Positions 1 through 9,270 of a stretch of 64,000 nt of DNA are shown here, piece after piece. Origin of the DNA: Planctomycetota bacterium (GTDB lineage Bacteria > Planctomycetota > PLA2 > JAEUHO01); assembly GCA_965222115.1 (NCBI GenBank), contig CBDCTJ010000001.1:224001-288000 (forward strand). The letters run 5' to 3'. Numbering within the stretch: position 1 is the stretch's first letter; the number at the start of each line of letters is the position of its first letter. Below the pieces are notes generated by a model. That model was not told where the DNA came from. It searched no databases and worked only from the letters and a program-made list of their open reading frames with translations. The position numbers were made by a program, and so were the translations under genes.

Positions 1-394
1 CCTCGTCCTTCTTGCGCGCGTGAGCCTCTTCGAGCAATCGTGCATATTCGCTGGAATCGTCGAGCTTCTTTCGGGCCGCATCCACGGCATCGCGCATAGG
101 TCCGATCTCATCGGCCATGGCCGCATTCTGTTCGCGGATCTGCTTGAGCTCCGCCTTATTGAGGGCGATCTTCTTCTCGAAGTAGTCCTTCTGATACGTC
201 TTCCAAGGACGGTTGTAGTCCTTGATGACCATCCATACGAGTGCGGCAATCAACGCAATGGACGAGAACGCAAAGACGGTGCTCAATCGACCGGGCTTGT
301 AGATCGACTCGCGGTCGCGGTTCTTCCGCGCCATGCTCGCGGCCGGTGCGCCCTTGGGGGTCTTAGTCGCAGGCGTTGTCTTAGTAGCAGGCAT
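1..394 (-). CDS. Membrane-anchored protein, 5' part only; probable c-type cytochrome subunit of the bc-type cluster
   Basis: ATG at 394, frame open to the window edge: MPATKTTPATK...STVFAFSSIALIAALVWMVIKDYNRPWKTYQKDY then coiled coil. Lies directly downstream of the cytochrome b genes. No CxxCH is visible in the part present. Confidence 0.55.
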   Translation of the reverse strand, partial: MPATKTTPATKTPKGAPAASMARKNRDRESIYKPGRLSTVFAFSSIALIAALVWMVIKDYNRPWKTYQKDYFEKKIALNKAELKQIREQNAAMADEIGPMRDAVDAARKKLDDSSEYARLLEEAHARKKDE

Positions 395-463
395 AGTGCG
401 TGCTCCGTCGATCGAATTCGCTTGTTGCTGGCTTGCTCATGACGTCCACCGAGTGCGCAAAGG

Positions 464-1567
464 CTAGATGTTGAGCTGTAGCTCGGGAATGTTGACGATG
501 TACTTCAAGTTGAACGCCCACCGCAGTCCCATCTTGATGGGTACGGCTAGCATCAACAGCCCGAGGTTGACGACCACACCAAAACGTATGGCGCCAAGTT
601 CTCGGAACAGCTTCTTGCCCCACGTAAGCGCAAATACCAGTGGCACCACCGTGAAGTAGAAGACGACCATCAAAATGCCCGGCAATTCGCGCAAGAGCGT
701 GCTGTCGGGCTCGTGTTGACCGAGCATCTTGTTGTAGAAAATCTCGGACACGTCGATGTTTTGCAGCGGCTCGACTTTGTTGACGTCCCAATATTCATAG
801 ACGCCAAAGAAGTTCCATCCGGGGCCTCGAAGGAACGTGCCCAGGAACACCTGGAGCACCCACAGGATGAAGAAACCGAGCAAGAAGACGAAGATCGCGC
901 CCTGCCGTTCCTTCAAGGTGTAGTAGCCATTGCCCTTGGGGTTGCGATCGATGTAGGGAATCGCAATCAACCCAATCATGATCAACATGGGAATCAAAAT
1001 GCCCGCCAGCCACGGGTCGAAGTAAACCAGCATTTCCTGGAGTCCCAGGAAGTACCACGGCGCCTTTGACGGGTTGGGCGTACGCGCGGCATTGGCGGGT
1101 TCTTCGATGGGTGCGGGCAAAAGAACCGACCACACAATCAAGGCAACGGTGCAAAGCACCATGGCGATCAACTCGGTGTAGACCAAATCGGGCCACACCA
1201 AGACTTTCCGGCTCTTCTCTGCGGCCTCCACCGGTGGTTCGCCGCGCGCAATGCGTTGGTCGTTGATGACTGCCTTGCGAAGCGAGAGCCAATAGAAGAA
1301 GTAGAGCAGTGCCAAAATGATGATGATGGGCACGTTGTCGGCCTTGGTGACGCTCTCGCGGAACTGAGCGTGGCCTTCGCGGATGCCAATGTCGAGGCAC
1401 GAGTACACAACGAGCGCACCGAGAAACGCCCCGATGGCCAATGCAATCGGCGGTTTGGTCCAGACGTGCGCAAAGCGCAAGCTGAGAATCAGCAACACGG
1501 TAGCCAGCGGAAACAGAATCTCCGGCTTCGTGAGCACATTGAAAATCGAATCGATGGTCTCGAACAC
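464..1567 (-). CDS. Cytochrome b6 subunit IV-like (cyt b C-terminal domain) protein with extra TM helices
   Basis: WPDL...PAPIEEPANAARTPNPSKAPWYFLGLQE (PEWY-equivalent) and IPYIDR motifs; follows cyt b6. Confidence 0.85.
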   Translation of the reverse strand: MFETIDSIFNVLTKPEILFPLATVLLILSLRFAHVWTKPPIALAIGAFLGALVVYSCLDIGIREGHAQFRESVTKADNVPIIIILALLYFFYWLSLRKAVINDQRIARGEPPVEAAEKSRKVLVWPDLVYTELIAMVLCTVALIVWSVLLPAPIEEPANAARTPNPSKAPWYFLGLQEMLVYFDPWLAGILIPMLIMIGLIAIPYIDRNPKGNGYYTLKERQGAIFVFLLGFFILWVLQVFLGTFLRGPGWNFFGVYEYWDVNKVEPLQNIDVSEIFYNKMLGQHEPDSTLLRELPGILMVVFYFTVVPLVFALTWGKKLFRELGAIRFGVVVNLGLLMLAVPIKMGLRWAFNLKYIVNIPELQLNI

Positions 1568-1588
1568 GATGTCTGCCCCTACCGCGAC

Positions 1589-2368
1589 TTAAAGTGGCCC
1601 GCTAATGCCGCCGTCCTTACGGACGCGCCAGAAGTGAACCGCCATCAACACCATGGCAATGACCGGCACGGCAATGCAGTGCAGGACATAGAAGCGCAGC
1701 AACGTGCCTTCACCCACGAAGCGACCGCCGAGCAGCGCATAGCGAATGTCGTTGCCGCTCGTGACCAACTGCACGTCGTCGATCTTGAGCAAGTTGGACG
1801 CCGGGCCCTCGTAGCCAATGCCCGGGTGGGCGCGCGCCATGTTGGTACCCACCGTTACCGCCCAAATCGCGAGCTGATCCCATGGCAAGAGGTAGCCCGT
1901 GAACGAGAGGAACAGGGTGACCACCAGCAACACAACACCGATGCCCCAGTTGAACTCACGCGGTGGTTTGTAGGACCCCGTCATAAAGACACGGAACATA
2001 TGCAGCCACACGGTGATGACCATCGCGTGGGCGCCCCAGCGATGGATCTCTCGCATGATGCCCAGCGGGACATCTTCGCGCAGCGCCATGATGTCGCTGT
2101 AGGCACTTGCTGCGACGGGACGGTAGTAAAACATCAGCAAGATGCCGGTGACCGTCTCCACCAAGAAGAGGAAGAACGTGAGGCCGCCCATGCACCACGT
2201 AAACGACAGGCGAATGCCCGACGCACGCGCACGCACAGGGTGCAGGTGCAAAAACACATTTGCCAACATGACCATCGCGCGATTGCGGGCCGTAGTGGGT
2301 GGACCGTGGCGGAAGATGCTCTTCCAGACCTGCGATCCGCGAATGTAGTCGGATACCTTTTTGAGCAT
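1589..2368 (-). CDS. petB: Cytochrome b6 (cyt b N-terminal domain)
   Basis: [50 protein letters not shown] heme-ligand motifs. Confidence 0.93.
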   Translation of the reverse strand: MLKKVSDYIRGSQVWKSIFRHGPPTTARNRAMVMLANVFLHLHPVRARASGIRLSFTWCMGGLTFFLFLVETVTGILLMFYYRPVAASAYSDIMALREDVPLGIMREIHRWGAHAMVITVWLHMFRVFMTGSYKPPREFNWGIGVVLLVVTLFLSFTGYLLPWDQLAIWAVTVGTNMARAHPGIGYEGPASNLLKIDDVQLVTSGNDIRYALLGGRFVGEGTLLRFYVLHCIAVPVIAMVLMAVHFWRVRKDGGISGPL

Positions 2369-2380
2369 GCCTGCCTCGGA

Positions 2381-3013
2381 TCACGCCACGTCAATGTAGA
2401 ACTGCGACGCTTCACACGTCCCGAGTTCCACTTGGCATTTGACCGTCTTGTCCACAATCACGTTCCCTGTTACTGGATCTTCGTAGATACGAAATCGTTC
2501 CAAGGGTCGCGGCGTGGGTCCCTCAAAGTTGACGCCATCGATGTAGTAGCCCGAGCCGTGGCACGGACACTTGTACTTTTTCTCACCGGATGCCCAGTTG
2601 GGCGTGCAGCCCAAGTGCGTACACACGGTGGAAATGGCCATGAGCTTGCCGCCAGTGTTTGCAATCCACACGGCGTCGGATTCTTTCCACGACTCGTCCA
2701 CCGCCTCGGCGTTGAACGCAGTCTTTGGCTTGTCGGTCGAAAACACTTGCGCCGGCTCGAACGACACATTGGGAAATAAGAAGCGCACCAGGGCGAGCTT
2801 GCCCATTCCGCCAGCCGCGGCAAAGCTCATCCATCCAACCGTCGCGGCGCTAAAGAGCCCGCGGCGCGATGTCTTTAGCGGGGGCGTAGCGTCCTTGGGT
2901 TTGAGACGATCAACCTTGTCTGCGGAATGCGTGGCGGGAAAGTCGTAGGGCCAGGGGCTGGGCCATTGCTGGGTGGCTTGGGGCACCTTGGATGATGTCT
3001 TGGAATCGGCCAT
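2381..3013 (-). CDS. petC: Rieske 2Fe-2S protein of the bc-type complex
   Basis: CTHLGC and CPCHGS boxes, GPTPRPL, Tat-like SRRGLF plus TM helix. Confidence 0.93.
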   Translation of the reverse strand: MADSKTSSKVPQATQQWPSPWPYDFPATHSADKVDRLKPKDATPPLKTSRRGLFSAATVGWMSFAAAGGMGKLALVRFLFPNVSFEPAQVFSTDKPKTAFNAEAVDESWKESDAVWIANTGGKLMAISTVCTHLGCTPNWASGEKKYKCPCHGSGYYIDGVNFEGPTPRPLERFRIYEDPVTGNVIVDKTVKCQVELGTCEASQFYIDVA

Positions 3014-4150
3014 CTACTGCTTCCTCCAGCTTTCAAGGACCCGGCGAGCGAGCGCGCGAACCGCGTCATCCGGTTCATGCTCATCGAGGGTCAGGCGAAC
3101 CACCAGCGGTCGCAAGCTTTCGTCGCCCAGGAACCCGGCGGCACGGATGCCATTGGCCACAGCGGGTGAGACCATTTCGGGCTTCAGCTTGAGCGCCGCG
3201 AGCGACTCGCGATTCAACGATCGTTTAATCATGTCGATGCCGGTGGCGTCCTTGCGATAGGCCAAGCCGTAGGCGGCGTTGAGGCGCACACCGGCATTGG
3301 CGTCTTCCAGGCCCGCACGCAGCGCGCGGCGAACCTCTTCACTTTCGCTGTGGCCACCCCCAACGCGATCGAGTCCCAACATGGTGAGCCCCGAAAAGGC
3401 CATGGTGCGGACCTCGGGATCGGTCTGTTCCTTGGCCATTTTGAGAAGCGCGGGCTCGGTATCACGGTGTTCCATGAACATGATGCCGGAGGCCGCGGCT
3501 CGGCGAACGATTTGGGGTGCTTCGCGAGCGCCCTTCCCGGGATACATCGTGCCCAAAAGAGTGGGAATAGCCTCGGTAATCTGCGCGCGACCGAGGGCGC
3601 GCGCCAACATGATCTGACGGCCTTCGCTTTCTTCCTTGCGGGCCGACTCAAATGCACGAATGAGTCCCTCGCGAAACGTGGGATTCTCGTAGAACGCCGG
3701 CGGACTCTCTTCGGACTGTTTGTAGGTGCCGTCGAGCGTTTCCTTGTCAACGCGCGTTCGCTCTTTGGTAATCATGATCGCGAGCTGTTGGCCAGCTTGC
3801 TTTTGAACGTTTTCGCCGCCGTGCAACACGTCTTCGAGCAGTTCCGCGGGCGACTTCTGTGAACTGCCAAGCGCACCAAAGAGGACAAACAGCCCGACCG
3901 CTATGCCCACAATCAGCAGCGGAAACAGGAAGAATTGCCAAACTAGCATGGCGCCCTTCTTTGAAGGGTTCGATGCTTTGGGATCGGTTTGGTGAAAGAT
4001 GGGATCGTCGGACGCTGGCCCACCACCGGGAACGCGCGACCCGTCGGATCCGTCGGGATCCGTTGATTTGGACGCTGATGAAGATGGAGTTGGCGGCAAC
4101 GCGGATCCTTCGTACCGCTGCGGCGCGTGGTGGGTTGCCCACGGTCGCAA
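3014..4150 (-). CDS. Membrane-anchored HEAT-repeat protein (start uncertain; alternative ATG at 3949)
   Basis: One TM helix then HEAT-like repeats (VRRAAASG, VRLNAAYGLA, VRALARRVL); abuts the Rieske gene. Confidence 0.75.
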   Translation of the reverse strand: MRPWATHHAPQRYEGSALPPTPSSSASKSTDPDGSDGSRVPGGGPASDDPIFHQTDPKASNPSKKGAMLVWQFFLFPLLIVGIAVGLFVLFGALGSSQKSPAELLEDVLHGGENVQKQAGQQLAIMITKERTRVDKETLDGTYKQSEESPPAFYENPTFREGLIRAFESARKEESEGRQIMLARALGRAQITEAIPTLLGTMYPGKGAREAPQIVRRAAASGIMFMEHRDTEPALLKMAKEQTDPEVRTMAFSGLTMLGLDRVGGGHSESEEVRRALRAGLEDANAGVRLNAAYGLAYRKDATGIDMIKRSLNRESLAALKLKPEMVSPAVANGIRAAGFLGDESLRPLVVRLTLDEHEPDDAVRALARRVLESWRKQ

Positions 4151-4240
4151 AACGGAGGTCGAGCAGCGCCAAGAGGATACGTCCGCGGCGTCGTTCCCCC
4201 AGTCAAATACGCGCGCTACTTACCTACGACCGGTCCGAGA

Positions 4241-5296
4241 TTACGTTCCCAAATCGTGCGCGCTTTCGCGCGTTCCCGTGGTTCGTGAACGGCGCGCGGC
4301 GGCGATCAACTGAAGGTCTTCACAGAGATCCAAAAACGCGGCAGGCCGAAGCGCTTGACGGGCGTCGCAGCGCGCCCGAAGCGGGTCCTCGTGGACCTCA
4401 ACCATCACCCCGTCGGCCCCGGCGGCGCACGCCGCAAGCGCCATAGGCGCCACATACTCCGCGTGTCCGGTCGCATGGGCCGGATCCACAATGATGGGAA
4501 GGTGGGTTCGCGCTCTAAGCGCCGGAACAGCAGCAAGATCAAGTTGATTTCGAGTCGCAGAATCAAATCCGCGGATCCCGCGCTCGCAGAGCACCACATT
4601 CGCATTGCCCTGCGCCAGGATGTACTCGGCAGCCGATAGCCAGTCGGCGAGCGTGGCCGAGCGCCCCCGTTTGAGCATGACAGGGTGCCCGCTCTTTCCG
4701 ACCTCAATCAGGAGATCGAAGTTGCTCATGTTCCGTGTGCCGATCTGGAGCATGTCCACGTTGCTAATGCACGCCTCAATGTGGCGCGGATCACAAACTT
4801 CGCTCACGACGGGAAGTCCCGTTTCCTGACTGGCCTCGCGAAGCATCTTTAGACCGTCGAGACCCAGTCCGCGAAACGTGTAGGGGTTGGTGCGCGGCTT
4901 ATACGCACCGCCACGCAACACGTGGGCACCGGCAGCCTTTACGGCACGCGCCGTACGCAACAACACGCCCTCATCTTCAACGGCACACGGACCGCCGATA
5001 ATCGTAAAATGCCCGTCAACGCCTCCAAATCGTGCGTTTCCAACCTTTACGACAGTCGGTACCGATTGATGCGCAAGACTTGAAAGCATGTGGCGCGAAC
5101 GAATGGGAACAACTTTGGCAACACCAGGAAACAAGCCCAACGGTATGTCGCGAAAACGATCGAGTTCGCCTTCAAGTTTCCAAATCACGCGATCGGCTTC
5201 GTCAATGATCCGCGGCGTGCACCCCGCCTCGCGCACAATCTCATCCACCCGCCGCCGATCGGCATCCGTGGCATGACTGCTGAAAATCACGAGCAT
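4241..5296 (-). CDS. aroF: 3-deoxy-7-phosphoheptulonate (DAHP) synthase, type I-beta with N-terminal regulatory domain
   Basis: IGGPCAVE, RGGAYKPRT, QIGTRNM, LKRG, LCERGIR, DPAH, EVH motifs. Confidence 0.93.
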   Translation of the reverse strand: MLVIFSSHATDADRRRVDEIVREAGCTPRIIDEADRVIWKLEGELDRFRDIPLGLFPGVAKVVPIRSRHMLSSLAHQSVPTVVKVGNARFGGVDGHFTIIGGPCAVEDEGVLLRTARAVKAAGAHVLRGGAYKPRTNPYTFRGLGLDGLKMLREASQETGLPVVSEVCDPRHIEACISNVDMLQIGTRNMSNFDLLIEVGKSGHPVMLKRGRSATLADWLSAAEYILAQGNANVVLCERGIRGFDSATRNQLDLAAVPALRARTHLPIIVDPAHATGHAEYVAPMALAACAAGADGVMVEVHEDPLRARCDARQALRPAAFLDLCEDLQLIAAARRSRTTGTRESAHDLGT

Positions 5297-5667
5297 CGAA
5301 GCGCTCCAAATCCATACTTCGCCGGGATTCTCCCCTGGCACTCAGCAAGCCGCGAGGGGAATCGGGCCGGGCTCGAAGCAGCCTCGCTCGAAGTCCGGAT
5401 TCACGTGAAGCCAACATAGCAATAACAAACTACTGGAAATTGGGGGCGGGGCACGGCTCGCATCGAAGCCGCGAGAAGGCGAGCGCAAAGCGCACCCCAA
5501 GTTGGTGCTCGCTCCCAATCTAGTCTTGCTGAGTGCACCAGTCTCAACTTCACTCAGCAATCAGAGCGATTGAAGCCACGCATCCGCCAATGGACGCTTG
5601 TGTACCCTCTACAGTAGCGAGAGAATCTGGCGAACCTATGTTGTTTGGGAATGGAGACACGAGCCAA

Positions 5668-7941
5668 ATGAGTACCCAGATCAATGATCCCTTTCTGGGT
5701 GTTCTACTGGACGGTCGGTACAGGATCGCGGAGAGACTTGCCAAGGGTGGTATGGGTTCGGTATACGCGGCCAAAGACAAGAAGCTCCGCCGCTACGTTG
5801 TAATCAAGATTCCAGCGCAACACATTGTAGACACCGAAACTGGACGCAAGCGCTTCCTGAGAGAAATCAGATCACTGCGACGAATTGAACATCCACATGT
5901 CGTACCCATTTTGGACTCCGGAGAAAGAGACGGGCTCCCTTGGTACGCGCTGCAGTTCATGCGCGGCGGGGCGCTAGATCGTCACATCCCGATGCCAGCA
6001 ACACGAAAGGGCACTCGGTGGATCTCGGAGATTGCAGGTGCGCTCGACCATTGCCACGATGGCGGAGTCCTCCATAGGGACGTCAAGCCCGCCAACATCT
6101 TGTTCGATGAACACGCGCACGCGTATATCACCGACTTCGGCGTAGCCAAGGGGGACGACACCGCCAATGGCACCCGTCTCACGAAGACCGGCATGCTCGC
6201 CGGGTCGCCTGCATACATGGCGCCTGAACAGGTGTTTGGAGGCAATGTCGACGGACGCGCGGATCAATACGCCCTCGCAGTGACGGCATACGAAGCGTTG
6301 AGTGGCGAGCTTCCATTCAAAGGTGACACCGCGATAGAAATCGCAGTCGCCAAGCGCCGGGGACAGAAGGAATCACTTGAGCGCGTAGCGCCTCACATCC
6401 ACCCCGCCGCGGGCCGAGTACTCGACATTGCAATGTCGTCAAGGCCGGACCTCAGATATCCTTCGTGTACATCATTCGCAGAGGCTCTAACGAAGGGCCT
6501 TGCCGGGGCTGCGGCTACCACAGGTGTTGCACCGCGCTCCCGTTCAAGCCGAGGAAACGAGAAGAGCAGGTCGTGGCCGCGCGCTGCATACGCCCCCGCC
6601 GCAATCGGATTTCTTGCGATGCTACTCATGTTAGTCAAGGGCAATGATATCAATTCGGGTGCAGATCCTCAACACGGAGAACCGCGGAAAGCCCAAGAAC
6701 TGGATGTCACCAACAATGCAAGCAGAGATTCGAAGACACCCCGGGAAGCATCCTCCCCTCTGTATCTAGACATTGTATCGCCCAAACCTGGCGAAATCTT
6801 CTTCCCTAGATCGTCGTTAGTGTCAGGGACTGTGCGGGGTCCCGACTTAGCTGGCCTAGCCGTTGAAGTCGATGGAATCCGGGCGGACGTCGTTACTGAA
6901 GAGGAAGATCGGGCGTCATTCGCGGCGCAACTGCCTCCGGATATTAACAGCGGTAAGCGTACAGTCCGCGTACGAGCGTGGAACATGCGAAGCATGTCTG
7001 AGGTTACAACAGATATCAACTGCAAAGTAGATTCCAAACCTCCATCAATTGACAAGATTCACTTAAGTATGGCGAATATCTCACAAAGCGCCTTAAAAGT
7101 TACCGCCTTCGCACGTGATCCAAATCTCAACTCTGTATCTGCAAATGGCGTCAAGCTGATTCAAGGCGAGCGCTCTAAGGAGTATTCCGGCATAATACGA
7201 TCGATGGAATTCGGCAGAAGGCCTTGCGAGATAAAGCTAGTTGCAGATGATCTCGGGGACAATCGCGCCACGCGACGATTGAGCATTCCAGCCATTCACA
7301 TAGACCCTGAGATACATGAGAAGTGCCATGGGCTACACTTTGTTGGGAGGACTTCGGGCGAAATTCAGTTGAGGTATTCAGGAATGCGAGCCGGTGATGT
7401 ACTTGAACTCCAGATCACGAAGACTCACTTTCAGGGTAAGACGCCGAAACAAACGTTCTTAGCGACCCCCAAGAATTCATCTTCAGGCAAGATTTCGATG
7501 GCATTCTCAGATGTACCCTCTGGAGAGTCGCGGGTCATGGCGAGGTTGTCCCGAGTTCAGGACGACACTCAATTCTCCGCAGAGCTGCTTGTAGGTCGAC
7601 TATCAGCTGACTTCTCACGACCTAAGATTTCCAAGTTGCAGAGTGTCAGCAAGAACGGCGGGGCGTGGCAAGGCTTAGCGTTTGAGTTTCAAGACAGGTC
7701 ACCAATTCTGGAGGTGACTTTCGAGACGCATGAGGGACGAGAATCAGATGGTCCACATCGAGTTAATCTGCATCCAATATTTAGAGGGAGTATGCTGTTT
7801 AGTGGTGTTCTTGAAAGACGGTTCGTCCGAGCGCCTGTGACTGGAGACAGAATGTTGGTGAGAGATTTAGCGGGTAACGTCCTTCGAATCAACCTGCCTG
7901 AAGTGTATCGAAAGACCATGAAGCGAGATTCAAAAAAGTAG
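5668..7941 (+). CDS. Transmembrane Hanks-type Ser/Thr protein kinase with extracytoplasmic beta-rich (Ig-like) region
   Basis: GGMGSVY, VIK, HRDVKPANI, DFG, YMAPE; hydrophobic helix after the kinase domain. Confidence 0.9.
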   Translation: MSTQINDPFLGVLLDGRYRIAERLAKGGMGSVYAAKDKKLRRYVVIKIPAQHIVDTETGRKRFLREIRSLRRIEHPHVVPILDSGERDGLPWYALQFMRGGALDRHIPMPATRKGTRWISEIAGALDHCHDGGVLHRDVKPANILFDEHAHAYITDFGVAKGDDTANGTRLTKTGMLAGSPAYMAPEQVFGGNVDGRADQYALAVTAYEALSGELPFKGDTAIEIAVAKRRGQKESLERVAPHIHPAAGRVLDIAMSSRPDLRYPSCTSFAEALTKGLAGAAATTGVAPRSRSSRGNEKSRSWPRAAYAPAAIGFLAMLLMLVKGNDINSGADPQHGEPRKAQELDVTNNASRDSKTPREASSPLYLDIVSPKPGEIFFPRSSLVSGTVRGPDLAGLAVEVDGIRADVVTEEEDRASFAAQLPPDINSGKRTVRVRAWNMRSMSEVTTDINCKVDSKPPSIDKIHLSMANISQSALKVTAFARDPNLNSVSANGVKLIQGERSKEYSGIIRSMEFGRRPCEIKLVADDLGDNRATRRLSIPAIHIDPEIHEKCHGLHFVGRTSGEIQLRYSGMRAGDVLELQITKTHFQGKTPKQTFLATPKNSSSGKISMAFSDVPSGESRVMARLSRVQDDTQFSAELLVGRLSADFSRPKISKLQSVSKNGGAWQGLAFEFQDRSPILEVTFETHEGRESDGPHRVNLHPIFRGSMLFSGVLERRFVRAPVTGDRMLVRDLAGNVLRINLPEVYRKTMKRDSKK

Positions 7942-7957
7942 ACCTTGGCGAATTCGT

Positions 7958-9145
7958 ATGGCTGTTCGATTCAAAATACTAGAGGGAGCCAACAAAGGCG
8001 AGCACTATGAATATGATGCGAATTGTTCGTTCGTAGTAGGCCGTGACACCAGTAGAAGTACGCACCTAGCGGTTCCGCAAGACCAATACATGTCGCGATT
8101 TCACTTTGTGGTAGAAGTCGGAGTTGGAGAGTGCTTGATTCGAGATTGTGGAAGCAAGAATGGGTTGTTCGTCAATGATGACCGAGTTTCAGAGTGCGCA
8201 CTAAAGGATGGTGATGTCGTAAAGGCGGGGCGCACGAAGATGGTGATACGCTTCGACTCAATCCGGACAACATCTCCGCTCGAGGCAGGAATGGACGCCG
8301 TCGACGATCGATTCCATCTCATCAAACAACTCAAGGGAGCAGGGGGAGCCCGCGTGTTTCAGGCGCGCGATACGAGCACGAATACGATCGTTGCTCTCAA
8401 GTTCCTGCGATTCGACCACGACCATGGATCCGAACTCGAATCGCTGTTCCGGCGCGAACTTGATGCGGTGTCAATGCTCCGGCATGAGTGCATCGTTCCG
8501 GTGTTAGCTACCGGCATGCGAGACGACGAGGCGTGGTTGGCCGCCGAGTGGATTGAAGGCATGAATCTCGAAGAGCGCATCGAAAGCAGTTCGCTGTATA
8601 CCGAGCTTCAAGCCGTGGACCTGGGCATCCAAATTCTTGGGGCTCTCTCGTATGCACACAACAAGGGCTACGTTCATCGTGACGTCAAGCCTGCAAACAT
8701 ACTTCTGCAAGATCGACCGTGGGGAGCCAAGCCACTGCTAACCGATTTCGGACTTGCCAAGCGCGTGGGCCACGAAGACTCATCGCTCACCAGCACCGGA
8801 ACAACCAGGGGAACCCCCAGATTCATGCCCCCGGAGCAAATCATGAACAGCAATTCTGCTCGTTCAGAATCGGATCAATTTGCGATGGCGGCAACGATTT
8901 ACTACGCCGCGACGGGAAAGTGGCACTACGAGCAAGTCGACCACTCGATCTGGGAGGTCTTACTTAGTGGCCCGGTCGTACCGATTCGCATGCGACGCAG
9001 GAGCTTGAGCAGAGAACTCGAGTCCATTCTCCTACGTGCCATGGAACCTGACCCCGCTGATCGCCACTCCTCAACGGCAGAGTTTCGACGAGCATTAATT
9101 CACCATCGAGAATCGCTTGCGAGAGAGCCTAAGACTGATACGTAG
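7958..9145 (+). CDS. FHA-domain Ser/Thr protein kinase
   Basis: FHA motifs VGR...MSRFH...SKNGLFVN; kinase motifs HRDVKPANI, DFG, FMPPE. Confidence 0.9.
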   Translation: MAVRFKILEGANKGEHYEYDANCSFVVGRDTSRSTHLAVPQDQYMSRFHFVVEVGVGECLIRDCGSKNGLFVNDDRVSECALKDGDVVKAGRTKMVIRFDSIRTTSPLEAGMDAVDDRFHLIKQLKGAGGARVFQARDTSTNTIVALKFLRFDHDHGSELESLFRRELDAVSMLRHECIVPVLATGMRDDEAWLAAEWIEGMNLEERIESSSLYTELQAVDLGIQILGALSYAHNKGYVHRDVKPANILLQDRPWGAKPLLTDFGLAKRVGHEDSSLTSTGTTRGTPRFMPPEQIMNSNSARSESDQFAMAATIYYAATGKWHYEQVDHSIWEVLLSGPVVPIRMRRRSLSRELESILLRAMEPDPADRHSSTAEFRRALIHHRESLAREPKTDT

Positions 9146-9270
9146 CAGTCCATTGCGGGCACAGGTTCGATCAATGTCGACGGATGCTGCATGACGATTC
9201 GAAATCGTGTCAGCACGACGACTGACTCCAACGATACTCGTATCCCACAACTCGCCGCGAGGTCCCGACT

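Noticed and set aside
1256-2779. 507-aa plus-strand ORF
   Set aside because: Antisense shadow of petB/petC and subunit IV; no motifs
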